Source: Hemiscyllium ocellatum (Eukaryota). Taken from it: a stretch of DNA of 64,000 nucleotides. Made by a program: the position numbers and the translations under genes. This document shows, in pieces, positions 51,859 through 64,000 of this stretch. How positions within the stretch are numbered: the first letter of the stretch is position 1; the number at the start of each line of letters is the position of its first letter. The stretch lies in assembly GCF_020745735.1 (NCBI RefSeq), contig NC_083411.1:28603263-28667262 (forward strand), written 5' to 3'. The notes beneath the pieces are model-generated. The model searched no databases. It was not told where the DNA came from and was given only the letters and a program-made list of their open reading frames with translations.

Positions 51859-54800
51859 TGGATTGATACACCTGATGAGGTCAAGGAAGCTTCAAAATGT
51901 TGGAATTAAAATAGAAAAATGCATTACAAATGGAATTATAATCTTCTGGGAGTTATCACAGACTCTGAATATGGTATGAAAACAGATAGCAGTCTGATTG
52001 AAAGATATATTTTATGTCATCTATTTTCAACAGTACTCAAGGCCAGATATTAAAAATTAGTTCAGATCTGCTGCCCTTGTCCTTTCAGCTGGTAGAGATT
52101 ATGAATTTGGGGAGTGCTTTGAAGGAGCCTTGCTGTGATACTGCAATGAAATTTGTAGATGGTATACACTGTTGTGTCAGTGTGTCAGTGGTGTAAATTG
52201 TGATTATTAACCATAGGGATTAATCAAACAGCCCACTTTATCCAGGATAATGTTGAACTTCTTAAGTGTTGTTGGAGTTGAACTCATCCATGTAAATCAT
52301 ACACTTGATTTGTAGTGGACAGTAGTGGATAGTCAGAAGGTGAGTCACTCATGGTAGAATTTCTAGACTTTGACCTGTTCATAGCTGTATGGTTAAATGA
52401 CCTTGCTATAGCTTTGTCTTGTTGCCAGTCCTCATACTGCCTGCCCACCTATAAGCTACAGCATCAGATTCTGACCTTTACCTCAGAATCCAAGACCTCT
52501 TCTTGAAATGAACTCTTTTGATTGTTCAGGGATCTAACAGCCTGAACCCCATGTTATATTCTGAAACCAGATTTAATTCCAGCCAGTTATGTTAATTTTA
52601 CTAAGTGACCTTTTTAATAAGATCAGTTACCTTCCTGCAGCTTCTATGAGATGCTACTATTTGAGTCAGATCTATGTTTTGTGTGTCAGTCCTGACATGT
52701 GGAGGTAATGCATTTGGGCAAGGCTAACAAGACAAGGGAATATATAACATATGGTGGAATAATGAAGGGTAAATGAAGAGAGGGATCTTGCTGTCCATGT
52801 ATACAGAACACAAACGGTGTCTGGAAAGGCATTATCCAAAGGCTGGTTAGTGGGATTAGGCTGGATAGCTACCTTGCAGGCCATATTGGCAGGATAGGCT
52901 GAATGCCACCTTTCCTTGCAATAAATTTATGCTATTTTTATGATACTCTGACTTTTCTTTGAGTATGTAGGAGTGAAGTCATTAGGGGAGAGACAGAGGG
53001 AGAGGAGAGAGGAAGTTGTAGATAATATAAGAAAAGTGACATTTTGAAAGGACACTAGGTATTTTGCATTTAAATGTTCAGGACTCACAGATTTTAATGA
53101 AAAGAAAATATTGCCAAAATAATTAAGGCAATTGGCATAAGATGCTTATTTTGTAAAATCTGTGCTGGGTTGCTGTAAGCACAGATCCAATTCCTATGAA
53201 CAAGCATCTCCCTTGAAACCAAATCTATGTTTTCCTCCAATCCCCACATTGGGGGGGAAAAATGTCTTCCCTTAATGATTCCAGCTATATTTCAATGTTT
53301 CCACAAAATAATACCACACAGAAGCTCTCCAATTGCTTGAATCTTTAATAAGTGGTGGTGGTGTGAGTGATAAAATGATAAAATCAAACAAAGTTTTTTT
53401 GGTTGCCAATGGCAACACCATTATCTTCAAATAAGCTCATATCTGAAGACAGCAGTGCTCAAAACCTTTGAGAAAAATCTCTTAAAGAAGAAAACAGCTG
53501 CTCACAGTCTACGCCAGGCAGAATATTGATGAGAGACTAATTTGTTTTTCTTATACTGTGTGCTTAGAAATGACACATTCTAAACAATGCTACCTTTTTA
53601 AATAATCACTGATTAAATGATGCCAGTAATCACTAATCAGATTCAAGCAGAACTGAGCAGTAATGTGTGCTTGCATATATAATTATTATAAATTGTAAGA
53701 ACAAACTAAAGGCTTAATATAGGTAGGCTATCTCCTGTTGCAATCATCTGACAAAATGGTTGAGCAGCAGAATTCCAAATATTTCCAGCAAATTAGAAAC
53801 AGAATAATGTAACTCTCGTGAGAGGCAACAAAAACAAACAGAATTGCAGTTTGGTCTGAAATAATTTTGGCATCAAATTTACATCTCTCAGGCTGTATTT
53901 CACATTGGATATGATTATCTTTCAACTGCTTACAACATTGTGTCATCATTATACTGATAAATATATAATGGTTTTAAGGAATTAAAAGAAAATTGTCTTC
54001 AGAGAATAATGCTGATTACAAACTGCATTTTTCTGTCTTTCATCCTCCTTTCCATGTGTAAATAGATTGTACATCAGAAACAAAATAAGATGCTACTTAC
54101 AAAAGCTTCTAAGTGTGATGGGTTGATTAAACAGCAACACCAATTTTGCCAAAATGTGTAATATCCACATCAGTATCTAATGTAGATCCTTGGCTATCAC
54201 AGTAGCGATATCAAAAAAAGCTACAAATGATGTCAATATGAAGTAAAACCAGAAAATGCTGGAACCCAAGTCCACTTGCAACTATAGTTTCACTTTCTAT
54301 GGAGCTTCCACATTTATCATTGAGGAGCATATCACAGATATTGCCCACTTTGCACTGACACAACCCCAACTGTGATTGCCATGTGTCTAATTCACATCAT
54401 GCATTGCGGCTGTTCACAAAAACATCTTTGGAAGCATCTCATCCCTAATGTCAGTCTGGCAAAACTCCTGTCTACTCTGTCCAAGGCACACTTTCTAAAT
54501 TATGGTACCCAGGATTGCACATAATTTTCCAGTTGAGCTCATAATCAATACTTTATTATGACGTCCTTAGATTTGTAAATCGGGGCATTGACTTTAGAAG
54601 CAAGTTTCCTGTGTTCTTTTTTAACTTTCTTGTCATTTTTAATATCACCTTCAAAGATTTCTGAACTTGCAGAATAGATCTTTCTTTTGATCCTTCCTCT
54701 AAAGAGTAACAATTTGATATTCTACTTGCAGATTTTTTACATCTGTGATTATCACATTGACTGATAATACAGAAGATCCTTTTTCTGGAATGAACAGAGG

Positions 54801-54887
54801 TAGAGTTCAAAAGATCTGAACACCTGTATCTGTCTCAGACAATTTGGTGCAAGTTGCTGCATACTTACCAGATCATAGAATTACAGA

Positions 54888-55090
54888 GTTAAAAATTACA
54901 CAACACTCGGTTATAGTCCAACAGGTTTATTTGGAAACACTAGCTTTCAGAGTGCCGTTCCTTCATCAGTTGGTTGTGTGGCGCTCCAAAAGCTTGTGCT
55001 TCCAAATAAACCTGTTGGACTATAACCTAGTGTTGTGTGATTTTTAACTTTGTCCACCCCAATCCAATCCAACACTGGCTCCTCCAAGTC
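54888..55090. mobile_element. Short palindromic hammerhead-bearing element
   Basis: GGTTATAGTCCAACAGGTTTATTTGGAA inverted to TTCCAAATAAACCTGTTGGACTATAACC; minus-strand core CTGATGA...GAAAGCTA at 54938-54969. Confidence 0.8.
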
Positions 55091-55470
55091 ATAGAATTAC
55101 AGAACATAGCAGGAGATCATTCAGTCCAATGTGCCTGTGCCGGCGAAAATGTTCTTCAATTAGTTTCTCTCCCCCATGTATTTCAAACATTTCTTTCTCA
55201 TGCACATATTCAATTTCCTTTATAATCCATAAACAATCAAATCACTGGTGAAGCTCCAAGGCGACTAATTTCCTGATCTTTAGGGATGCTGTGGGCCTTA
55301 AAAAATATACAGTTGCCAGAATAATCAAGATATTGTTATGATGCATGTTTGTTTTCTCTTTTTGGTGGAAGCCCTGTCAGCAACCTGCTTATACATATAT
55401 CACCATTACCTCAATGGAGCTCCAGTTATAGTAGGTTCAGAGAGATGGTCATAGGTTCTGCTATGATGAA

Positions 55471-56392
55471 TCTGGAAGAGCACAGCAGTTCAGGCAGCAT
55501 CTGAGGAGCAGTAAAATTGACGTTTCGGGCAAAAGCTCTTCATCAGGAATAATGGCAGAGAGCCTGAAGGGTGGAGAGATAAGCTCGAGGAGGGTGGGGG
55601 TGGGGAGAAAGTAGCATAGAGTACATTGGTGAGTGGGGGAGGGGGTGAAGGAGATAGGTCAGAGAGGAGGGTGGAGTGGATAGGTGGAAATGAAGATAGG
55701 CAGGTAGGACAAGTCATGCAGACAGTACTGAGCTGGAAGTTTGGAACTAACGTGAGGTGGGGGAAGGAGAAATGAGGAAACTGTTGAAGTCCACATTGAT
55801 GCCCTGGGGTTAAAGTGTTCCGAGGCGGAAGATGAGGCGTTCTTCCTCCAGGCATCTAGTGGTGAGGGAGCGGTGGTGAAGGAGGCCCAGGGCCTCCATT
55901 TCCTCGGCAGAGTGGGAGGGGGAGTTGAAATGTTGGGGCACAGGGCGGTGTGGTTGATTGGTGCGGGTGTCCCGGAGATGTTCCCTAAAGCACTCTGCTA
56001 GGAGGTGTCCAGTCTCCCCAATATAGAGGAGACCGCATTGGGAACAACGGATGCAATAAATGATATTAGTGAATGTGCAGGTAAAACTTTGATGGATGTG
56101 GAAGGCTCCTTTAGGGCCTTGGATGGAGGTGAGGGAGGAGGTGTGGGCGCAGGTTTTGCAATTCCTGTGGTGGCAGGGGAAGGTGCCAGGATGGGAGGGT
56201 GGGTAGTAGGGGGACGTGGACCTGACCAGGTAGTCACGGAGGGAATGGTCTTTGTGGAAGGCGGAAAGGGATGGGGAGGGAAATATGTCCCTGGTGGTGG
56301 GGTCTTTTTGGAGGTGGCGGAAATGTTGGTGGATGATTTGGTTTATGCAAAGGTTGGTAGGGTGGAAGGTAAGCACCAGGGGTGTTCTGTCC
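55471..56392 (-). mobile_element. 5'-truncated Penelope element with GIY-YIG, hammerhead and a 14-bp TSD
   Basis: NIIYCIRCSQCGLLYIGETG; TSD TCTGCTATGATGAA at 55457-55470 and 56393-56406; core CTGATGA-AGAGC-TTTT-GCCC-GAAACGTC at 55518-55546. Confidence 0.92.
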
Positions 56393-58469
56393 TCTGCTAT
56401 GATGAACCCTGCCTTTGGGAGCAATACTCCGGTCAGTTTCTGTATGGTAGTGATTCGAGCAATGTTTCTTCTGCTTCTTTCATTAAATAAACATCTTCTT
56501 CCATTGTGGTCTTTGAAACACATATAAAATAAATTAAGTATAGGTAGAAAGTATGTATTAATATTACAACATAATGGATAAATTGTTATCTCAAAAATGT
56601 ATACTTAAAATACTCTTGTTTCAAAATAACAACATGCATTGGCATTACTTGCAAAATAAGTCTTTAAAAGTTGCAAGTATTGTTTCTTTCCCGTTGAATT
56701 AAGCATTGAAATAATTGTTTCAATAGTAGGTTTGTTGACTTCTCCTAAAGGTTTTTGTTAACATAATGGATGCATACATAATTGACTTCCATTCAGATTT
56801 ATTCAGGCATTCTACTCAAACAGAAGTAACTATGTGGCAAGTAATTGGAGACTGAAAGAAATGATCCCTTGCAGTATTTTAGTAATCATTAACCTGTATC
56901 TCAGCAGTGAGTATTGGTTGGAAAAATGACAAAATGAACCTCGAGTTTCAAAAATGTCCAATTCAATTCACAGGTTGTGTTGAATTAGCTTACCTCTGTC
57001 GGAGTGGAAGCATGGTTTCCAGAATTCTCACAGAGTCATATTGTCCTTAGGCAAGAGAAAATGAAGGTGACTAGCATTACCACCCCTAATCATTATTCAA
57101 CCAAACCTTGAAACACATCAGGGTGTGGACATCAGGGTGAGATACAATTGAACTCATCTGCAAAGTCCTTCAGAAGTAAGCAAATTCTTGCATTTTAAAT
57201 ACATGAGCGGTGTCAGAGGGTAATTGTTGATTCTAGTCCATATCCAGTGAGAAATGAATGCTTTCAGAAGGAAAAGGGCAAAGTTGGAAGAAAATGTTAT
57301 TGAGGAACAGTAATTGGATTTATGGTGTTGTCAGTAGATTTGCAATATGGACATATATTTATGTTAATGAATGTATAAATACATTCTTCAGTCTCTATGA
57401 ATGGCATGTGCTAGCCAAACCATTTTATTTAAGAAGCCTATTCAACTATTGTCGATCATGTGTATAACTGATAAACAGTCAATTCTTTTTCATAGCTATC
57501 TAAGCACAAATTGATTCTTACACATAAAGTACTGTAACACTGTATAAACCAATTCTAGCAGCTTATTTCTGCAGAGGCTTTTAGACTCACACAGCATATT
57601 CCACAAGAATAAAGATTCTGCCTTTGGATATTTATCCAAAGCCCAGATATTATGGTCTTTGAGACGATGCAGCTCAGATTCACATAAATGATATTTTTCA
57701 CCCTTTTGGTGACTGAGTCTAAAGATTTACACAAATGGTATGGTTCATGAAGTAGTAGGGCTTGATTAACTATGTATTACCAACTGCCATCAGCCCTTCC
57801 TGATGAAGTGTTATACCCAAAACATCGACTCTCCTGCTCCTCAGATGTTGCTTAACCTGCTGTGCTTTTCCAGCGCCACACTTTTTGACTCCCATCAGAG
57901 TTATACCAATATACTGAAGTAGAGCTCCTTCCTGCTCTGGTAAGCACTTTCAATATCTGTCTCCATCCCAAATAGAAATTTGAAACATATCAATAGTAAT
58001 CATGTCAAGCTGATTTGGAAATAAATTGAAATGCATTGAAGTCCCAACATGTAAACTGTTGATTGGCACCTCACCAAGTATACTGACTAAGGTACCCTTG
58101 CCTCTAGAGTATTCCCCAGAAACCACACTTCGCAAATTGAACAATCAATGTATTATGTCACATAATGGAACACTCCTAACAAATACGCTGCACTCATGAA
58201 TTTGCAGATAGCAAAGAAAATTTCGTAAATTGTGTTCATTGAAGTCTGTTGTACAGGTATTAGTCATTCAATTGTGCACTTTTCTGTAAAGCATGCATAA
58301 CAGGACCATAGACGGTAGTGTTGACAGACAACATCAAGCATGGTTTCTCAAGCATCTATGTCTGGACTTCCATCTGTGGCTGGTGACCTGAAGGAGGACA
58401 CTGGCCAGGTCAGCTTGTTTAGTTAAATGGAACCACTCTGGAGAACAGGGTGCCTTTGGCTAAATAGAT

Positions 58470-59445
58470 AATAGACAAAAGGTGCAGGAATAGGCCATTT
58501 GGCCCTTCGAGCCGCACCATCATTCATTATGATCATGGCTGATCATCCACAATCAGTACCCTGTTCCTGCCTTATACCATAACCCTTGATTCCACTATCT
58601 CTAAGAGCTCTCTCCATCTCTTTCTTGAAAGTATTCAGAGACTTGGCCCCTACTGCCTTCTGGGGCAGAGCGTTCCATTCATCCACTACTTTCTGTATGA
58701 AGACGTTTCTCCTCAACTCTGTTCTAAATGGCCTACCACTTATTTTTAAACTGTGTTTTCTGGTTCTGGACTCACCCATCAGCGGAAACATGCTTCCTGC
58801 CTCCAGAGTGTCCAATCCATTAATAATTTTATACGTCTCAATCAGATCCCCTTTCATCTTTCTAAACTCAAGTGTGTATAAGCCCAGTCGCTCCAATCTT
58901 TCAACTTATGATAGTCCCGCCATTCCAGGAATTGACCTTGTGAACCTATGCTGCACTCCCTCAATAGCCAGAATGTCCTGCCTCAAACTTGGAGACAAAA
59001 ACTGCACTCAATACCTCAGGTGCGGTCTCACCAGGGCCCTGTACAGCTGCAGAAGGACCTCTTGTTCCTATACTCAATTCCTCTTGTTATGAAGGCCAGC
59101 ATGCTATTAGCCTTCTTCACTATCTGCTGTACCTGCATGCTTGCTTTCATTGACTGATGTACAAGAATACCTAGATCTCGTTGTACTTCCTCTTTACCTA
59201 ACTTGACTCCATTTAGATAGTAATCTGCCTTCTTGTTCTGGCCACCAAAGTGGATAACCACACATTTAGCTACATTAAGCTGCATCTGCCATGCATCCGT
59301 CCACTCACCTGGCCTGTCCAAGTCAATCTGTATTCTCATAACATCCTCCTCACATTTCACCCTGCCACCCAGCTTTGTGTCATCAGCAAATTTGCTAATA
59401 TTACTTTTAATGCCTCCATCTATATCATTGATCTATATTGTAAAC
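58470..59445 (-). mobile_element. 5'-truncated CR1 LINE
   Basis: ORFs 58543-58896 (GDLIETYKI, WNALP) and 59028-59360. Confidence 0.9.
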
Positions 59446-59897
59446 AATGCCTTCATCTATATCATTGATGTATATTGTAAACAGTCCTCATGGGGTGAAA
59501 GGTCAGGCAGACAAAGGATTTCCTCAACATGACATAAAACGCAGACTTAATTCCATTAATACTGTATCATCGTGTTTAACCGTAAGTTTTCTTTAGGTTT
59601 ATAACAACTTATGCCAGTAGAATAAAAAGCCTCTGTTTCCTGAACTTTGGGCTGTCAGTGTGTTCAAATCTCATATTACATAAGTTTGTTGATATCAATA
59701 TTTATCAATGCATTGTTCATGAGACTGCGACATTTCATCTATTTTCCCAAAGGCTTGATAGGGCAGTACAAAAGATTACTGCTTCATAACTGATGTAAGG
59801 TGTCACTTCAGTATTGAGGCAGTCTTACCAGAAAAATGAATGAGTCAACACTGAGAAATTCACATACGTAAACTGGCAGCTTTTCATCTGGCTTTAT

Positions 59898-60230
59898 GGG
59901 CAATACGGTGGCTCAGTGATCAGCACCACTGCCTCACATGGTCAGAGACCCAGGGTTGATTCCAGCCTCAGGTGATTGTCTGTGTGAAGTTTGCACATTC
60001 TCCTTGTGTCTGTGTGGGTTTCCTGTCAGTGCTCTGGCTTCCTCCCACAGTCCAAAGATTTGTAGGTTAGGTGGATTGACCATGCTAAATTGCCCAAAGT
60101 GTGTGGGCTAGTTGGATTAGCCATGGGAAGTGTGGGGTTTGGGGGCAGGTCTGGGTGGAATGGTGTTTGGAGAGTCTATGTGGACTCAGTGGGCCTAATG
60201 GCCTTCTTCTACACTGTAGGGATTCTACGA
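59898..60230 (+). mobile_element. Older HE1-type SINE
   Basis: A/B boxes and V-domain present; more diverged than the 3490 copy. Confidence 0.85.
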
Positions 60231-60545
60231 TGATCTGCCATACTATACAGAAATGCAACTCATACTGAAATATATATGGAAGACTTTTACAACATGAAAT
60301 ATAAATGGTTATTTTTCCCCACTGTACACTGTGTAATTAGAATCCTTATTCATAAATATTAGAAATAATACAGAAATTAATGTAAATATTAGAAAATCAA
60401 CATAATGACAGAAATTAAATTCATGAAGTGCTTTCAGTATGCTGAACATCTGTGCACATTTTAGACTGACAGCTCAGTAAGTGACATTGAAGCAATAGAG
60501 TGATGACAATAAATCATTGGTTGTTGACAGTGCAGACATGAATTT

Positions 60546-62103
60546 GGATTAGTGGTGCTGAAAGAGCACAGCAGTTCAGGCAGCATCTGAGGAGCAGCAA
60601 AATCGACGTTTCGGGCAAAAGCCCTTCATCAGGAATAAAGGCAGAGAGCCTGAAGCGTGGAGAGATAAGCTAGAGGAGGGTGGGGGTGGGGAGAAAGTAG
60701 CATAGAGTAGGGGATGAGTGGGGGAGGGGATGAAGGTGATAGGTCAGGGAGAAGGGTGGAATGGATAGGTGGAAAAGAAGATAGGCAGGTAGGACAAGTC
60801 ATGGGGACAGTGCTGAGCTGGAAGTTTGGAACTAGGGTGAGGTGGGGGAAGGGGAAATGAGGAAACTGTTGAAGTCCACATTGATGCCCTGGGTTGAAGT
60901 GTTCCGAGGCGGAAGATGAGGCGTTCTTCCTCCAGGCATCTGGTGGTGAGGGAACGGCAGTGAAGGAGGCCCAGGACCTCCATGTCCTCGGCAGAGTGGG
61001 AGGGGGAGTTGAAATGTTGGGCCACAGGGCGGTGTGGTTGATTGGTGCGGGTGTCCCGGAGATGTTCCCTAAAGCACCATGCTAGGAGGCATCCAGTCTC
61101 TCCAATGTAGAGGAGACCGCATCGGGAGCAACGGATGCAATGAATGATATTAGTGGATGTGCAGGTAAAACTTTGATGGATGTGGAAGGCTCCTTTAGAG
61201 TGTTGGATGGAGGTGAGGGAGGAGGTGTGAGCGCAGGTTTTGCAGTTCCTGCGGTGGCATGGGAAGGTGCTAGGATGGAAGGGTGGGTAGTAGGGGGGCG
61301 TGGACCTGACCAGGTAGTCACGGAGGGAATGGTCTTTGTGGAAGGCGGAAAGGGATGAGGAGGGAAATATGTCCCTGGTAGTGGGTTCTTTTTGGAGATG
61401 GTGGAAATGTCGGCAGATGATTTGGTTTATGTGAAGGTTGGTAGGGTGGAAGGTGAGCACCAGGGGCGTTCTGTCCTTGTTACGGTTGGAGGGGTGGGGT
61501 CTGAGGGTGGAGGTGTGGGATGTGGACGAGATGCGTTGGAGGGCATCTTTAACCACGTGCGAAGGGAAATTGCGGTCTCTAAAGAAGGAGACCATCTGGT
61601 GTGTTCTGTGGTGGAAATAGTCCTCCTGGGAGCTGATATGGCTGAGACGGAGGAATTGGGAATACGGGATGGCATTTTTGCAAAAGGTAGGGTGGGAAGA
61701 GGTGTAATTCAGGTAGTTGTGGGAGTCGGTGGGTTTGTAAAAAATGTCAGTGTCAAGTCAGTCGTCATTAATGGAGATGGAGAGGTCCAGGAAGGGGAGG
61801 GAGGTGTCAGAAATGGTCCAGGTAAATTTAAGCTCAGTGTGGAATGTGTTGGTGAAGTTGATGAATTGCTCAACCTCCTCGCGGAAGCATTAGGTGGTGC
61901 CAATGCAGTCATCAATGTAGTGGAGGAAGAGGTGGGGCGTGGTGCCGGTGTAACTACGGAAGATCCACTGTTCTATGTAGCCAACAAAGAGACAGGCATA
62001 GCCGGGATATACGTGTGCCCATGGCTACCCCTTTGGTCTGGAGGAAGTGGGAGGATTCAAAGGAGAAATTGTTAAGAGTGACGACCAGTTCGGCCAAACG
62101 AAT
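60546..62103 (-). mobile_element. Penelope element (RT C-terminal half + GIY-YIG + terminal repeat)
   Basis: ORF 60744-61595 with NIIHCIRCSRCGLLYIGETG; upstream RT motifs YIDD and FYKPTD. Confidence 0.92.
60601..60636 (-). ncRNA. Minimal type I hammerhead ribozyme motif, intact core
   Basis: AUUC-CUGAUGA-AGGGC-UUUU-GCCC-GAAA-C-GUC-GAUU. Confidence 0.75.
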
Positions 62104-64000
62104 GAGACTCTCAACAAACAGTATTTCAACTCCATCTCAAACATCAAAAACTATAAGTACAACAAACTTTTAAATATCCACCTCCATAACCAGTGCTCCT
62201 CAAACATTCCAGAAGATTCCCCCGGCCTCTGTAACTACGTGGACTCCATTAGCCATGCAGCTGGTGCAGCTGCCACCCCCACGCTGATTGGTGATGTCAC
62301 TTCTGCCCACATCACGGCCACTCCCAACCACTTCTGCCCCTCACAATTCCTCATGCACTACACGTGACATCACTTCTGCCCCTCACCTCATCGCTGATGC
62401 CATACACTCAGTGACTTCCGCCACCCGTACCACCGTGTCTGCCACCACCTCCGCCCCCACCAACGCCACTCACCTGCATTCTGCTGACACGCCCCCCACA
62501 TATCCCACTGTCACCATTCCTGGCCCCCAGAACCCTGAGGGGAGCACCACCCCTGCTCATGACTCCACTCCCATTCCCCCCATCATTACACCCACTCTAG
62601 TTACTGGCTTCGCCCCCACTTCCAGCTCCACACCCACACCAGGTCTCAGCTCCCAGTCTTGCCGAGTTTTTGCCATCCCTCCAGACCTTCCCCTCAGCAA
62701 AGGACTCATCTTCATCCCCCTCCGTCCACGCATCAATGAATTTAATACATGCCGTGACGTTGAACACTTCTTCCACCACCTCGCCTCTGAGCTTACTGTC
62801 ACAATCAGGACTCCTGCCGACCTTTTGAGGACCCCTTCGCCCATCTCCAACACACTGCATCCACTGGGACACCCTGCTCTGGCCTATTACCCGCCCTCGA
62901 CTTCTTCATTTCCAACTGCTGCTGGGACATTAACTGCCTCAACCTGTCCACCCCCCTCCCCCACTCCAACCTCTCACCCTCACAACGTGCAGCCCTCCAA
63001 TCCCTCTGCTCCAACCCCAACCTCACCATCAAGCCAGCAGATAAAGGGGGCGCAGTGGTAATCTGGCGCACTGACCTCTACACCGCTGAAGCCAAACGCC
63101 AACTCGAGGACACCTCTTCCTACCGCCCCCTCGACCATGACCCCACCCCGCATCACAAACCATCATCGCCCAAACCATACAGAACCTCATCACCTCAGGC
63201 GATCTCCCACCCACAGCTTCCAACCTCACAGTCCGGGAACCCCGCACTGCCCGGTTCTACCTCCTTCCAAAGATCCACAAGCCTGACCACCCTGGCCGAC
63301 CCATTGTCTCAGCATGTTCCTGCCCCACTGAACTCATCTCTACCTACCTCAGCACTGTCCTATCCTTCCTAGTTCAGGAACTCCCCACATGCGTTCGAGA
63401 CACCACCCACGCCCTCCACCTCCTCCAAGACTTCTGTTTCCCCGGCCCCCAACGCCTCATCTTCACCATGGATATCCAATCCCTCTACACCTCCATCCGC
63501 CATGACCAGGGTCTCCAAGCCCTCCATTTTTCCTTCTTCCGACGTCCCCACCAGTACCCTTCCACCGACACTCTCATTCGTTTGGCCGAACTGGTCCTCA
63601 CCCTTAAGAATATCGCCTTCAAATCCTCCCACTTCCTCCAGACCAAAGGGGTAGCCATGGGCACTCGTATGGGCCCCAGCTATGCCTGTCTCTTTGTTGG
63701 CTACATAGAACAGTCGATTTTCCGTAATTACACCGGCACCATCCCCACCTCTTCCTCCGCTACATTGATGACTGCATTGGAGCCACCTAATGCTCCCGCG
63801 AGGAGGTTGAGCAATTCATCAACTTCACCAACACATTCCACCCTGAGCTTAAATTTATCTGGACTATCTCTGACATCTCCCTCCCCTTCCCGGACCTCTC
63901 CATCTCCATTAATGACGACTGACTTGACACTGACATTTTTTACAAACCCACCGACTCCCACAGCTACCTGAATTACACCTCTTCCCACCCTACCTTTTGC
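62104..64000 (+). mobile_element. Penelope element (N-terminal region + RT), continues past the window edge
   Basis: LSKGL.F.P, IKPADKGGAVV, FYLLPKIHK, MDIQSLYTSI, GVAMGTRMGPSYACLF motifs, with frameshifts. Confidence 0.92.

Noticed and set aside
55810-56523. 237-aa ORF as a domesticated GIY-YIG gene
   Set aside because: Its first 40 or so codons lie outside the 14-bp TSD, so it is a chance in-frame fusion of flank and a truncated Penelope, with no sign of a promoter.
56990-57045. Exon-like segment with good splice signals (QYDSVRILETMLPLRQ)
   Set aside because: It appears to lie in an old dispersed repeat (about 56960-57180), and its phase does not join the long frame of the 56510 candidate exon.
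62288-63061. Thr/Pro-rich 257-aa ORF as a mucin-like gene
   Set aside because: It is continuous with Penelope LSKGL and DKG motifs, so it is the element's N-terminal region with frameshifts.
48530-64000. ERV 5' LTR and primer-binding site
   Set aside because: I found no copy of 32285-32599 by eye.
1-64000. CRISPR array or prokaryotic defence system
   Set aside because: The locus is an intron-containing vertebrate region with no regularly spaced repeat-spacer array; the three promoter motifs are irregularly spaced and too few.

Overview
Vertebrate nuclear DNA, most likely a shark (inferred from HE1-type V-SINEs with TAATC tails, abundant CR1 LINEs and shark-type Penelope elements). The only host gene I can reconstruct is IGBP1 (alpha4) on the minus strand: six coding exons between 30371 and 11356 (356 aa, all GT-AG and phase-compatible), a probable non-coding first exon and a CpG-island promoter. 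Most of the rest is transposable elements: a decayed Gmr1-type Ty3/Gypsy element with both LTRs (4746-10522), a 5'-truncated class I endogenous retrovirus (32285-48530) carrying nested CR1, L1, SINE and Penelope insertions, many CR1/L2 fragments, and GIY-YIG Penelope elements. Main points of interest: (1) the ERV TM subunit aligns without gaps to filovirus GP2; (2) at least ten minimal hammerhead-ribozyme cores (some intact, some decayed), many in short palindromic non-coding elements, one with a clear TSD; (3) a Penelope-associated inversion plus a 273-bp inverted duplication inside the L1; (4) a LINE that appears to lack ORF1 and begin with a SINE-like head. Family names and reference sequences come from memory; no searches were run.
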